Shown piece by piece: positions 31,900 through 45,000 of a DNA stretch of 64,000 nucleotides (positions are counted from its first letter, which is position 1; the number at the start of each line of letters is the position of its first letter). A program made the translations under genes and the position numbers. The notes below the pieces were generated by a model. It did not search any database. It had not been told where the DNA came from and saw only the letters and a program-made list of their open reading frames with translations. Origin of the DNA: Hydrolagus affinis (lineage: Eukaryota); NCBI GenBank assembly GCA_012026655.1, contig JAAILG010001591.1, positions 1-64,000 of the forward strand, in the 5' to 3' direction.

Positions 31900-34800
31900 T
31901 ACATCGCTGGTTATATAAAACGCACATGGAGATTTTATATTGCACTTTTATTTTGCTGGAAAATAAATTATGCAACTTAAAAAATAAATTCAAAAATAAT
32001 GTAGTACATCAAAATATTTTGATCAGGCTGCTATGTAGAAACTGCTACCATTCAAAAATTTTACAGCATCATAACCTTGGTAGGTAGTGGCACGCATTCA
32101 ACTTTATATTAATTGTAGATAGGGTAAAACCTATCAATTCAACTTAGCGCAACACTCCAGACTTGACTTATATTACAAGAAAGCTTCTTAAATCCTCAAG
32201 ATCTTACAATGAATGATATGTAACAGATCATTTGTATAACTAGGGTAACAACTGTTACAATTTATTGGTGACCTAACACGCACAGATCCACATGTAATTT
32301 CATCTGTGTAAGTCCAAGTTGTTTCAACATCTTGTGTACAATAAATCTGCACAAATGAGGAAAGAAAACTTATTCCTAACATAATGAAACGAACTCTTAG
32401 TCTCTGCAGTTGCTATACCTTTTTTTTTAGAAAAAAAGTCATTTCTTGGGTAATACAAACAATTAAATCCAAACACTTCAATAACACGTTTGAAGAATTT
32501 GTAAAATAGTCTAACTAGTTATTCAACAACTTCAACAATTTTAATTTACACAAGTTACAATAATAGTTTCATCTTTGTCTTTTTTTAAATGGGGGGAAAA
32601 GTAGTCTCAAATCACACTCAATCACTAATGCTGCAGAGTAAAAGAACACATTTGACAGTCCATACAAAGGTAAGAAATTAAAGATTCTGTGGACGCAGGA
32701 GAAATGGAAGACTTCATAATGTAATTTTAATGCCATTGTTGCCATTAAATTGCAGGATTTGGATAAAACGATTTTTATTAAGTCATACAATTGTAAATTG
32801 TTGACCAATTCCATATAAAAAGATTATTTTTATTCCATTTGAATAAAAGTAGTAATAATTTCCATATGTTCTCTACCAGGCAGTGTTGAAACAAGATCTC
32901 CACACACTTTATTTAATGAAATTCTGTATGTGCATGTATATGGTGCATGCTTTCTGGGGGTTTCATAGTGCATGTAATTCATTTTTATATACCAATTTAT
33001 TACTCTGTAATAAATCACAATAATCTGGTCACATGATTAAGTTTTCCCTTTTATTAAAATACTTATTCAACGGCCCCAGATCATTGTGTTTAGAGTTATA
33101 AGAACACGCACTAGCTTCTCCCCCATTCTGCATTTGGTGTGTACTCAGGAAGGACTGAATCACTGTCATCGGGGAGAAACCTTTCAACGTGTAGTAGCTG
33201 ACAACAGTAGTAAACAAAAATGGATTAGCAAAAATATGCATTTCCCCTTTCTATCCTTGTTCCTCACTAATATATTTCTTAGTCCTTCCTTACCTTAGCA
33301 ATTGCTTATCTTAGCACCCAAGATTGGTTCATTGCTGACTAAGAAGTGACCATTCCTATATTTAACTACTGTTTACACCAACACATTTTACATGAAATAT
33401 TTATTTTGAAAAATAATTCTGTGTGTACATATTAATGAAAACACCAGGCTGCAAATCAGTTTCTTTATTTTGCCATAAATAGTGGGTCTGCAAATTTTGC
33501 ATAAGTGGAAGAACTGTGCTAGGGTATGTAAGTTTCACGTGTAGAAAGCTTCCATACACATATTATGGTAATTTTAGAAACTAGTAGTTAAAGTCAGATT
33601 CTTAACCACTATTTTGAATGCAATTTTGGGGATCAAGAGATTTATCAATTACTCTTTGTAATTACAATGCACTATTAGGTGAATTTCCACCCTAAAGCTC
33701 AGAGTCAATGATGCATTTGATGCCACAGTCAAGTGCATTTGCTTTTGTTTGAATCTGAAATGCACAAGAGACCTAAAATTAATGAAATTCAAAATCTGAA
33801 CAGATTGAAGTTTAAAATGACATTTTAACATTGATAACTTCCTCTCTTGTTTCTCCTCCATTGATGGGATCGGCACCTGCTGCACAGTATATTTTGGTGA
33901 GTTCCAAACTGGCCGTTAATTATAGTAGAGAACTACTAATGGAAATATCTGAAAGGATAAAATTGTACAGTACCAACATCTGAGTTAACGAATTTAGATC
34001 TCTGCATCACTGGTAGCCTCTGCTTTTCATAGAGCAGCACCATCCAGGTTATTGACATAGCATCTCTTCATCAGGAAGGTGCAATTTCAGAGGCAGGTTT
34101 TGCTCCCTCTTGCAAAACTAAGAGGTAAATGCAAGGGTAAAAGCAGTGGAAATACAATCAGTTCTGGGGACTCAATCCACGGATCAGACTGAGAGTCTCC
34201 CTCACTATGATGCATAGTTGAAATTGCTTTTTAGTTAAAGATACTGACATCATAATAATGATCCTTGCTTTTGATATGGCATCTTATGTTTTTGAAACGT
34301 CTCGAAGCACTTCATAGAATATACTGTAAAGTGAATTGACTGAATATTTTAGGGCACACAACAATGTCCCACAAACAGTCATGGATTGAGTGACCAAGTT
34401 ATTATCATTACTGTCAATGTAACTGAAGCCACACACGGCTGCTTTAGGAAAACTGGGAGCTGGACATGTTCAAGCGTTCCTGTGGCAGAGGGTATTGAAG
34501 ACAATGTCTGCAGACACAAGATTTAAAACAAAGTTAACAGCACCATATGCATATAAAGGCTGATGCCAAACATCCTTTTTTTTATTAGAAAGGACCAAAA
34601 TTTAGGGAAAGATGACCTAACTTTATGAAACAGTCAAAATCTGCACCTAATTATCGATTAATTCTGTACAGGAACTGTGTAGCTGCAAGACCAATGTGCA
34701 ACATTGTGTTTTTTAGAAAAAAAAATACCATTTACTGTAGAAAATGTGTATGTACTGTAAATTAGCACTAAGCTCTGTTAATTCATCACAGCATTGAATT

Positions 34801-35867
34801 TCATTAACAATATGACTGCAATGTTGCCTTTTTTGATGTGAGAAGCACTATGAAGCAAACATTTTGTCATCTTAACAATTATGCTGTTTCGCACCGACCT
34901 GCCCTTCCCTTCCCCACACCACAAACAATGCATTGTCTAATATGTCTCCCACAAAAGCAGGCTATGCATTTCTCCACGGCCACCGTCAGCTTTGCTGTTA
35001 TCAGCCAACAGGGTTATCAGCCAACAGGACTGCATGCAATAAGGTGAAATGTACAATAGCTTTTATACTTTTTCTCCTTTCCTCCAGACATGTTGGAAAA
35101 TTTCTGCAAACTCAAGGCACTCCACTTCTAACCTGGTAGAGAACTGAAACCAATTATCCCAGAGGCAACATGCTTATTTGAGGGGCAGGTAACCATCGCT
35201 TGGACTTTTCCCTCCCAACAATTTAGTTAGAAAGCTAACGTGGACTCATTTTAATATCACCACATTTCTGCACCATCAGCTCAACAATGCACCACTTACA
35301 CTATTCACCAAAACTACAGTAATGGCAACATTTTCAAGTTTGTAATATGTTTTTCGAAAAGAAATCAGACCAGGTTGTTGAATACTAAAAGATAGAACCC
35401 GGTTCATCCAAGAAAAAGTGAAAGTGCTAGTCCTAATACTTTTTTTTCTTTTTAATACAAAACCAAGTTTTGAGTATTTTCCCAGTGCATGAAAATGTAA
35501 GTGTCTATATTGATTGATACATGTATCGATGGGAAGAAAAAGTGTATATGCAATCGTGGGACAAGAACAGAATGAGTGAAAAACAGATCTAAAGCTACGA
35601 AGAAAGCACAGCAGGCTCTGATGAATGCAGAACTCCCACAAAACAGCATGCTGTCAAAAGTCAGCTACACAAATGCAGGTAACAACATGCTAAGTGGATG
35701 AAACTGGCAAATATTGTCCGGCTGTAGTAAGGTAAGGCAGGGATGTAATAATTATGCAACTGAATCAATCTTTGAAGTGTAGTCACTCTTCAGCCACTAC
35801 TTGCAAAGTCTGCAGGGACATAACTGGACTCAACCCAAAGTTTGGCACTGTCCTTGTACGCCATCAA
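31900..35867 (-). other. CUL5: Probable long CUL5 3' UTR (3' end uncertain)
   Basis: Repeat-poor, AT-rich stretch after the stop, with several minus-strand AATAAA (for example 31947-31952 and 32908-32913). Confidence 0.45.
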
Positions 35868-36062
35868 TTATGCCATGTAAATGAAAGTGTTTATGTCCGA
35901 CTCATCCCTTCTAATATACTTGTGCTCTATCAGCCATTCAATTTGTTCTTTGATCATTTTTTTCTGTGGCAAAAACATGTTTTTTAGTATTTCTACAAGT
36001 TCTGTCTGAAGTTGAGCATTTGTGATTTTCTTTCGCATCTTCATGATTTGTATGATGGCCTC
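35868..36062 (-). CDS. CUL5: CUL5 exon 19, coding part with stop
   Basis: EAIIQIMKMRKKITNAQLQTELVEILKNMFLPQKKMIKEQIEWLIEHKYIRRDESDINTFIYMA*. Confidence 0.96.
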   Translation of the reverse strand, partial: EAIIQIMKMRKKITNAQLQTELVEILKNMFLPQKKMIKEQIEWLIEHKYIRRDESDINTFIYMA

Positions 36063-39000
36063 CTGAAAACAAGCAAATAAAGAGAAATCAAACATCAATC
36101 TGTCCGTACTACAGGATTGTTTCCATTTTATATTCTGTAGTAAATTCATTTTCTTTTAAGTAAGCAGGGGGCGTTTAAGTTTGAAATTAAAAAAGACTAG
36201 GTTGGTTATCAAACTAGGTTGTTTTAGTTTAAAATACGGCAGATCTTACACTATTCTATTCCATTGCTAAAACCAAATGTGCAACATCTAAACATAAAGT
36301 TATTAGCATCTTGAAGATCACAAATAATAAACACACAGTCAGTCCACTTTACAGTCCATCCTGTGAAGTGCTTTGAGACATCCTTCCAATGTGAAAGGTG
36401 CTATACCAGAAGTAAAGATTACTATTATTAAACTACAAACAAGAAACTGGGATCAAGGTGATAAGAGATAAAGCATTTTTTTAAGAATTGATTTTCTCTC
36501 TAAGAACTCCATTGTCTCACTAGGAAGGCCTAAAACTTAACACTATTATGTTACTATTATGTTGATGTCACTATTATGTCATGGCTGAGATTCTCCCACT
36601 CCATGTACAGAAAAATGGAAATACTTATCCATTTACTTTGTACAAGTGACCTTATTCTTTTAATATTTGAGCATCTATAGATCTGAGAGCCTCGATAACC
36701 TTTTGCTTACAGTAAAAAGCATTACACTGCAGTATATTTTAACAATTTAACAATAGGCTAACACATTTTTGCTTAAACAAGTGAAAATAATCGGTGTTAA
36801 TTAGAATAGTTCTAATTAACAGGATAAATGGATCGATTGAGGGTGATGTGGGATTAAAGAGATCACATCTATTAGTTGAATGTTAAATTATTCCTGAAAC
36901 AATCATTCGGATAAACAGATGTCTAATTATCCCTTTCTAAATGTCAGTACTCCTCAATTGCCTGAATTATTTTTGACGTTATATAGATAACTCTTATGAT
37001 AGAAGTTTATTAATCTACCATGAGCATTAATTCTATGTTACTCTGCTCAATTGCATTGGATTTATCAGATTATAAAATTAATAGCATGGGGAATCATGAT
37101 TCTGGCGAGGAGATTAATTGCTTCCAACTACTCCAACATGAGTACAGTTATTCATCTGTTTAAAATAATTTTATGCTTGGTTTGCAGATTGTATATGCAA
37201 AACAAATTCTCCTCTAGAGGTTTTATAGGGTTTTCTGTTCAACTAAAAATAAAATTCACAACAGAGAAAAGTTTTCAACTCGAGGTTACAGATTTAAGGA
37301 ACAAATTTACAATTTTTTAAAAACAACTTCACCTTCTTCACTGCAGAGCCTGAATGTGTCATGTTAATAGCGCATTAACAGAGGGAAGGGCTCACAAATT
37401 TAAAGTTATGAAGTCCTCAAATTCCTAAGTAGATTTAACATAATAGTTATTTAAATGTTCCACTTAATTTATAATGCAACTTGTAGGGACTACAGTCATA
37501 CCGCTCAGACTTGTAACTTTTTTTAAAAAATCAAACGTACCTGGGTGCGTAATATTCTCAGCTGGACTATTCCTTCATTTTCTTCTTCCCTCATTCTTTC
37601 TGTAGTTAGCTGTAGTCTTCCAATTAAATTAATTTTCCCTCTCTTCTGAACTTTGCTGTTCTTTCTGTAATAGAATAGTGCAGGTCTCAGAATTAAAGTC
37701 ACTGCTAGATTTTTCTGATCTGTGCAGTTGTTAGTCAGAACCCGTTTGGAGTAATGCACTCAGTTTTGGGAACCACACCTCTGGAAACCTATATTATCCT
37801 GGAGGGGGAGCAGTGCAGGTTCACCAGAATGTTACCAGATCTAAAAGGGTTAATTTACAAAGAAAGGCTGAGAAAACTTGGGACTGTATTCCTTTGAGTT
37901 CAGAAGGTTGAGGGTTAATTTGGTTGAGGTATTTAAGATGATAAAGGGATTTGGTAGGGTAGAGAGTAGAGAAGCTATTTCCTCTGATGGGAATCCAAAA
38001 CAAGGGGCCATAGTCTTAAAATTAGAACCAGACCATTTAAGAATAAAATCAGGAAGCATTTTTTCACTCAACGGGTAGTAGAAATCTGGAATTCTCTCCC
38101 CAAAAGGTTGTGAATGCTAGATCCATCCACACCTTCAAGTGTGAGGTTGATAGATTTTTGGTAGATCATGGTATCATGAGAAATGGGGAGAAAACGTGAA
38201 ATTGGAATTGAAAGGATGAGTTGAGGTACAGATCAGCCATGATCTAATTAAATGGCAGAACAGGCTCGAAGGGCCGAATAGCCTACTCCTGTTCCTATGT
38301 TCACATTTATTATAAGTATATAAGATTTTAATAGGATTGAGAAAATAAACTCAAACAGTTGGATGCACTGAAATATCAGACAGATATAGCATTGCAATGT
38401 GCAATTTCAGGACAGACAAGTAATTTATTAACCAGACTAATGATGTAAACAGGTTACCAGGAAAGGTGATTGATGTCAGAAAACAGGACTCATTTAAAAG
38501 AAAAAAAAGTTTGATGCTGTGATGGGTGGACAGAAGGGGGAGCATTCTAGAAGGATGAGATAAAATGAGCCAAAGGGCCTTCTTCACCCAAACCTTAGTC
38601 TGATCCTGTGATTAAAATATATATTAATATAATAATTAATATATCCATATAATATCACAATAGTATTAATATAAAGTGTGATATTAATAATTAATATTTA
38701 CCATTCTATGAATAATTAATATTGATATTAACAGAATTATATTTTAAATTATTTAATTAATTATTCATGTGTTTTAATATACTGATAATAATCCTTGCAT
38801 TTGATATAGCGCCTTATCACAATAAACGGCTCCACTGTAAAGTGAATTAACTATATTTTGTGGGCGAAATGTGGCACAGCAGGGTCCTTTAAACAGTCGT
38901 GCAATGAGTGACCAAATACATTTTTGAGGCAATTGTTTAAAATAGTTATGAAATGTTTCAAAGTGGGCGCTTAGCAGTTTGCCTTGTCACACTTAAATAA

Positions 39001-42000
39001 TTTATTATGTGCCAAATAGTGATTTTCTGGATTTTCCATTGCTTTAATAGGTACTGAATATTTTTGGTGACAGGACTCCCAGAAAGCCTCAATTAAACTC
39101 AAATTATGCTGCTGCAAATCCTCCTCTGTCATCAGAGTGACCTACTACATGTCCCACTTCCGATAAACCAACCATTTCTCAGTAAAAGGAAAGAATGTTT
39201 CTATAGTTGTTGGGGTGGGAGGGGCTCTTCTTAAGTAAGAATAATTTGAACCAAATGCATTTCTTACAGACTTTGTTTCCCTGTTCGAAAACAAAAGCCA
39301 GAAGAAAAGAAAATCAGTACCAATACGCTCAGGGGAATCATTTTGTGGACTATCAAGCATCAATAGATTAATCCTGCCAAGGGGTGTAATTCATACTTCT
39401 ATCATGTAAATTTTTTTTAAAAAAATATCCTTGATACTTACATTAAAGAAAAATCCTGATTCACTGAGAAAAGAGTGCCTTCTGTGAAGTCTTTGGGTGA
39501 GTTGACCTGAGGTTCATAGAGTAAAACCTGACGTTTCAGTTTTGGAAAAGCTACTAGAGACTGTTGAGATAAAACAAAAGCATTGTGATTCACTATCTCA
39601 TTGTTGTGATTCATTTGATAGATATCATTTCTGCGCTAAAAGTTTTGGGCAGCACAGCACTGAGATATAAATGGGTTTGAATGACTGCAATTCATTAGGC
39701 TCAAATTCATAACACTTATACTGAAGTATTTGAAAAAATACATTTGATATAATGCTTTATCACACTGTCTAAAAATGCTTCACAGGATTTTATTGTACTT
39801 AAAAGATTATGTATTTCACCAACTGAATTACCTCTATTGCTCATGCAATTGTAAGTTTTAAATCTGGAATTTTATTCAACTCAACAAATCGTTTGACATT
39901 CATGTCATGTCATTAAATGAAGATTTTGGGCAGCTTGTAAATCCGATTGGAGGGGTTTGTAGACAACAACAACAAAATTACACTTGTATAGTGTCTTTCA
40001 CGTCAAGAGAACGTCACAAGACACTAGACAGTCATTGTTTTAGACCTGAGCCGGGGACAGGGAGGGTGGAGGGAGAGGGATTTGGAGTGGCCAATGGGAC
40101 AGTCAAAGAGGAGGGTCTTGAGGCGGCACTTGAAGGAGGCCAGGGAAGGGGAGGAGATGGAGGGACTGCAGCATGGAGTTCCAGAGGTTGGGGGCAGAGT
40201 GGCTGAAGGATCTAATGGGAGAAGAAGCAGTGAAGTCGAAAGAAATGACTCATTCAAGGACCTTGGAAAGGGAGGTTGGAGATGGGGCAGCAATTTGAAC
40301 CAGAGATGGGTTCTGGTAAGGTTTTTTCAGGAGTGATGAAGTCTGTTTTTAAGGAGGTAGGAACAGTGCCTATAGACAAGGAGTGATTGATGATGTCAGC
40401 GAGTAGAGATATAAGGAGGTGAATCTGTGAGGTAAGGAGAGGGATAGGGTTGAGGGAGTATGTAGTTAGATTCATATGGGTCATAATGGTGGTGAGAGAG
40501 TTGGGGGAGACAAGTTTGAAAGTGTGGAGGGAGGGATGGATAGGGGGCGGAGCCTGAGGAAGAGGTGGTCACATTTCAAAGGGCAAAGGCAACTGAGTGA
40601 TCCTCTTGATTTTAGTCTTGAAGAAGTCCAGCATCTCCTTGGAATTGGAGGAGAGCATGGGCGAGGCTTGAGGGGGTGGACGGAGGAGCTGGTTGGTGGT
40701 GGAGAAGATGAGCCTGGGGCTGTCCTTGACTTCCAAGATTATCTTGAGTAGAAGGATGGAGCGATAGGTTTTGATGAGGTCCAGCTAGATCTGCCGATGG
40801 ACCGTTAAATCAGATATGAACCGGGACCAGGTGTGTTCGAAGGCCTGAGGGAGCAGAGGTGGCTGGTGTACCAGGTTGACTTGCGTGAACAGGAAGCAGT
40901 TTGGGATGAGGGGAGCAAGGGCATCAAGAATGGTGGAGAGGGAGTTATGGAGGTTAGTGACTGAGAAGGATAAGTCGTTGTGGGAGGAAGACCAGGGGAG
41001 GAGTTCAGTTCACTCCAGGACAGCTGAAAGGGAGTGTGAGGAAATGGTTTGCTCCAGAGGCAGTAGGAGATGGGAGGTGGGATGGGCAGCAAGGAAAGGG
41101 GTGGAGGAATTAAGGGAGAAGAAACGGTGGTCTGACTTGGAGACAACTGTAGACGATATAAAAATTAAGACTCAGAAAAGTAACTCACCCATAATGTCCG
41201 CCTAAGTTCTGCATCTGGAAGTTCAGTTGCTAACTTTAGATTTTCAAAACTAATCTTCTCCCGTGGTCTTTGGTTCCAGGCAAACAGCACAGCCAACTGA
41301 AAGGTGGTCACCTCTAGGTCATACTGGCCAACCTCATTTTTAAATGTTATCTGTTTAGAAACAAAGTCAACCTTACTAGTTATCTTGATAGAGGATGACT
41401 GTGTACGTTAGCTCTTTTCCCCACTTACAGTCTGCCTTGGGACGTCCTCCCGACTTGAAAGTCGCTCTATCAATGCAATTTTGTTGTTGTTGTTGCCCAC
41501 AGAACAATGCTACACGAACACTGCAACTCTTGATTTTCTTAAGAACAATAAAGTTGAGGTACGTTCTGCTAATTCAATAGAAAGTTCTGTTTGTGCTTTT
41601 TTTGGGTCAGATGGGTAAATAACCCGGGTAAATGAAAACTCATCAGCAAGCGCAAGAGGCTCAGAAGATGAACTACTGAGAGCTGCAGGGGTGTGTGTCA
41701 ATTTGTCTGGTATGGCGAAAATCCCGATTCTACAACGACGGCAACAACAACTTGCATTTATTTAGCGCCCCCCCCCCCACGCCAGATGGTGTCTCAGAGC
41801 GCTTCACAATAGCGGAGCCCGGGTTCTAATCTTCCATTTCCACTTGAGTCACCACATAAATGTGCAGCACAGAAGGCAGCCATTTGGTCTATCGTGTCTG
41901 TGCTGACCGTTTAAAACAGCAATACATTCAGTCCCCTTTCCTCATATCCATGCAAATTACTCTTATTTTAGATATTTATCTAGTTCTCATTTCAAAGCTA

Positions 42001-45000
42001 ATATGGATTCTGTCTTAACCACTGTTCTGGTAGAGCTTTCCATGACATCTACAGCATCACAATTACATTTCTAGAGCTCTTTTCACGTTGGGAGGACATC
42101 TGACAAATACAGGTTTGAGCGCTCACTATATACCAGTGGAACACCTTGTGAGTCACATGGTGAGCAGCACAACTCAAGTTTAAACAGTAGGAGAACATTG
42201 GCAATTTCCTCCTAACCGTAACCTGGACACACACTGCTACCCACTGACTGATGGTTCAGGTTGCTATTGTGGGGGTTTAATAGGAGCTGTTTATCTCCTC
42301 ATTTCAATCAAGATAGGGATCAAGCCCTGCATGTATGGAAATTTGCCCACAAGCCCATTGCTCACAATGCCTTCCAGCAGATGTTGGAACTAAATTTCAG
42401 AGGTTTCTCAACAGCTATTTGATGGATATGGTGGAAGGATCTATGCGATGGAAGAACCACCTTCACGTTTTATAGGTCCAAGTACAATATCTGGTTTGCT
42501 TAGAACCAACTGCTTGATCCAGATCCTTATGTGGTGGTCTTGACCAAGAGACAGGTCTGGTGTGAAGCTGACTCTACAGTAATGAGCGACAGGTCAGTCT
42601 AGGCCATAAATCCACCTCGTAGCTCAGTTCTGGTTCTTGCAAAAGGGCAAAGGGAAACTCGACTGTTCCACGCCAAGGAGCTCGGAACCATTAAAGAAAT
42701 CCATTTTGATACACATTGTTTATGCCATCATTTTACCCTGAGTTTGGACTTTGAAATCAGCTGTACAAAAGCACTATCACTTTACAATTAAACATGAAAA
42801 CCGATAATAATAACGATACTCACAATTCCGTTAGACATGAGGTGATGCCAATGCAGCTTTCTACCACTGTGATTCTTTTTGTAGAATTCCTCCACCTCAG
42901 GGATAAGATCTTCCAGCTCAGTTGGCAGAGAAACAAATACCTTTTCTGAGCTCCGTGACCAGGCACCAGCATTTAAAATCTTGATATTCACAGAGTCCGC
43001 TAAACAATGAAGTATTCAAACGGTTAACCAAATGGGATAGACAGCATGTGCGAAGAAACAAATTGCAGTAAGGCTTATATTTTCTTGTACTAAACTAACA
43101 ATTTCAGGCAAGACTAAAATCCCTGATGCATCAAAATTAACCCTTTAAATTGTCATCAGATTCTTCAACACATCTGAGTTCTAATAATTCACTGAATTAT
43201 TTTAATTTCCATAAACAATGTTTGCATTTGATATAGTGCCTTATCATGTTTTTGAGAGGTCTCAAAGCACTTCATAGAATGTACTGTAAAGTGAATTGAC
43301 TGTATGTTTTGTGGGTGAAATTCTGTTCATAGCACAATGGTTTGGAACCATAAAGTCCTAGATCAAAACAAAACAAAAGCAGACTTCAATTGACGTCGCT
43401 TACTTTGTGCAAGTATTGCTCAAGTAGCTTTCTTCGTGAGATGAGGTTAGATTGAGATGAGGTTAGTGATCTAACCTCATCCACAGTAAGCAGGAAGTGA
43501 CATCTGCCCCACTGTTGCTCCCAGTGCACAATGTGCAGAAAGTGACAGCTGCAACCAATCAAACCAAAACGCAGACCAATTTAGCACCAGAATCTTGGTA
43601 TACAGCAGTTCCAGGGTAGGCGGGTCAAGGCCACATACGACGATGTCCTGTAACGACCTGTGTGTGTTCTAATGGGTTGCCCTATATAGACCAACATCTG
43701 TACTGGAACAGTGTAATCCTGTTATAAAGTGATGCATTAGAACGCAGTTGGGATTGGAACCCTGACTGGTGGCTGTGACTGGTGGGGGGACTGGTGTTGG
43801 GAGGTGGCTGTGACTGGTGGGGGGGGGCTGGTGGGGGGACTGGTGTTGGGAGGTGGCTGTGACTGGACTGGTGTTGGGGGGCGGCTGTGACTGGAGTGGG
43901 GGCGGGTGGGGCGACTGTGACTGATGTGGGGGTGGATGTGATCGGTGTTGGGGGTGATGTGACTGGTGTGAGGCGGTGGGGGGAGGAGGTAACATATTTA
44001 CCTAGACTGTGCTGACTTAAAAATAAGCTATTTTGTCTTTCCCAAGTTGGCCAATCTATGAAGTCTCTGTGGGCTTGAGCAGTAAATGTGGAAGAGCTGA
44101 CTGGTGATTGTTCCCCATTACTGATCCAACTCCAGTACCATATTACAATTGGGCCACCACTACAGTTAGACCCACATCGCTTCATCCTTTCACTGAAAAA
44201 GTTTGCTGCACTAGACAGTGTTCACTTTTGTTGTCCTTATTTTGAAACCATGACCCTGTTTTTTGAAATGATTAAAGTCTTCAAGATACAGGAGTGGAGC
44301 CACCAATGCTTGAACAAAGCAGCACAATTTCATGCCTATCTTTGGACATTGAACACATTCAGAACCTGCCCTCCCAAAACTCAAAGCAAATACATACCTG
44401 GCAAGGCCAACTTATTGTTTTTGTGCATTTCTTTGAAAGCCTGGTTCAGGTCTTCAGAAACTTTAATATCCTGAAACATCCTGGCCAGTTTGTTTACGTA
44501 GTCAGCTGGCATGCCTACTTCCTGTACACATATGCAAACTAAATATTAGAAAAATCCAGTCTTGTAGAAACTAAACACTGGTAAATATGAGTGACAGACA
44601 AAATGTGCATGATTTGTAACCATCGCTTCGACACACCAAAGTGAATAACTATCAAATCCTGAAACATTAGTGATTTAAATCAATTCTGAAATAAAATAAA
44701 CTGCTGGAGCCCAAAGCTTCATATACTTCATATACTTTGCATGAATTACATTCCGTACTGCAGAGATTATACTTACCATAAGGTCATTGAAAATTTGTTC
44801 ATTAATTTGGAATTATTTAGCAAACCAATTTAACCCAAGCATAATGGCTATCTATGAACTGTGATGCCACACAACAGTACACCATGTTCCCACAAGAAGC
44901 CCATCTTCCTGTCTAACATAGTAACTGGCTAAAAAGGATTCTTTGGGGCCACATTTCTGGGCTGGGGGGTGACAGAGAAGTTAAATAACATATTTACTCA

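Noticed and set aside
43669-44185. Pro/His/Thr-rich ORFs
   Set aside because: Translations of the G-rich tandem repeat.
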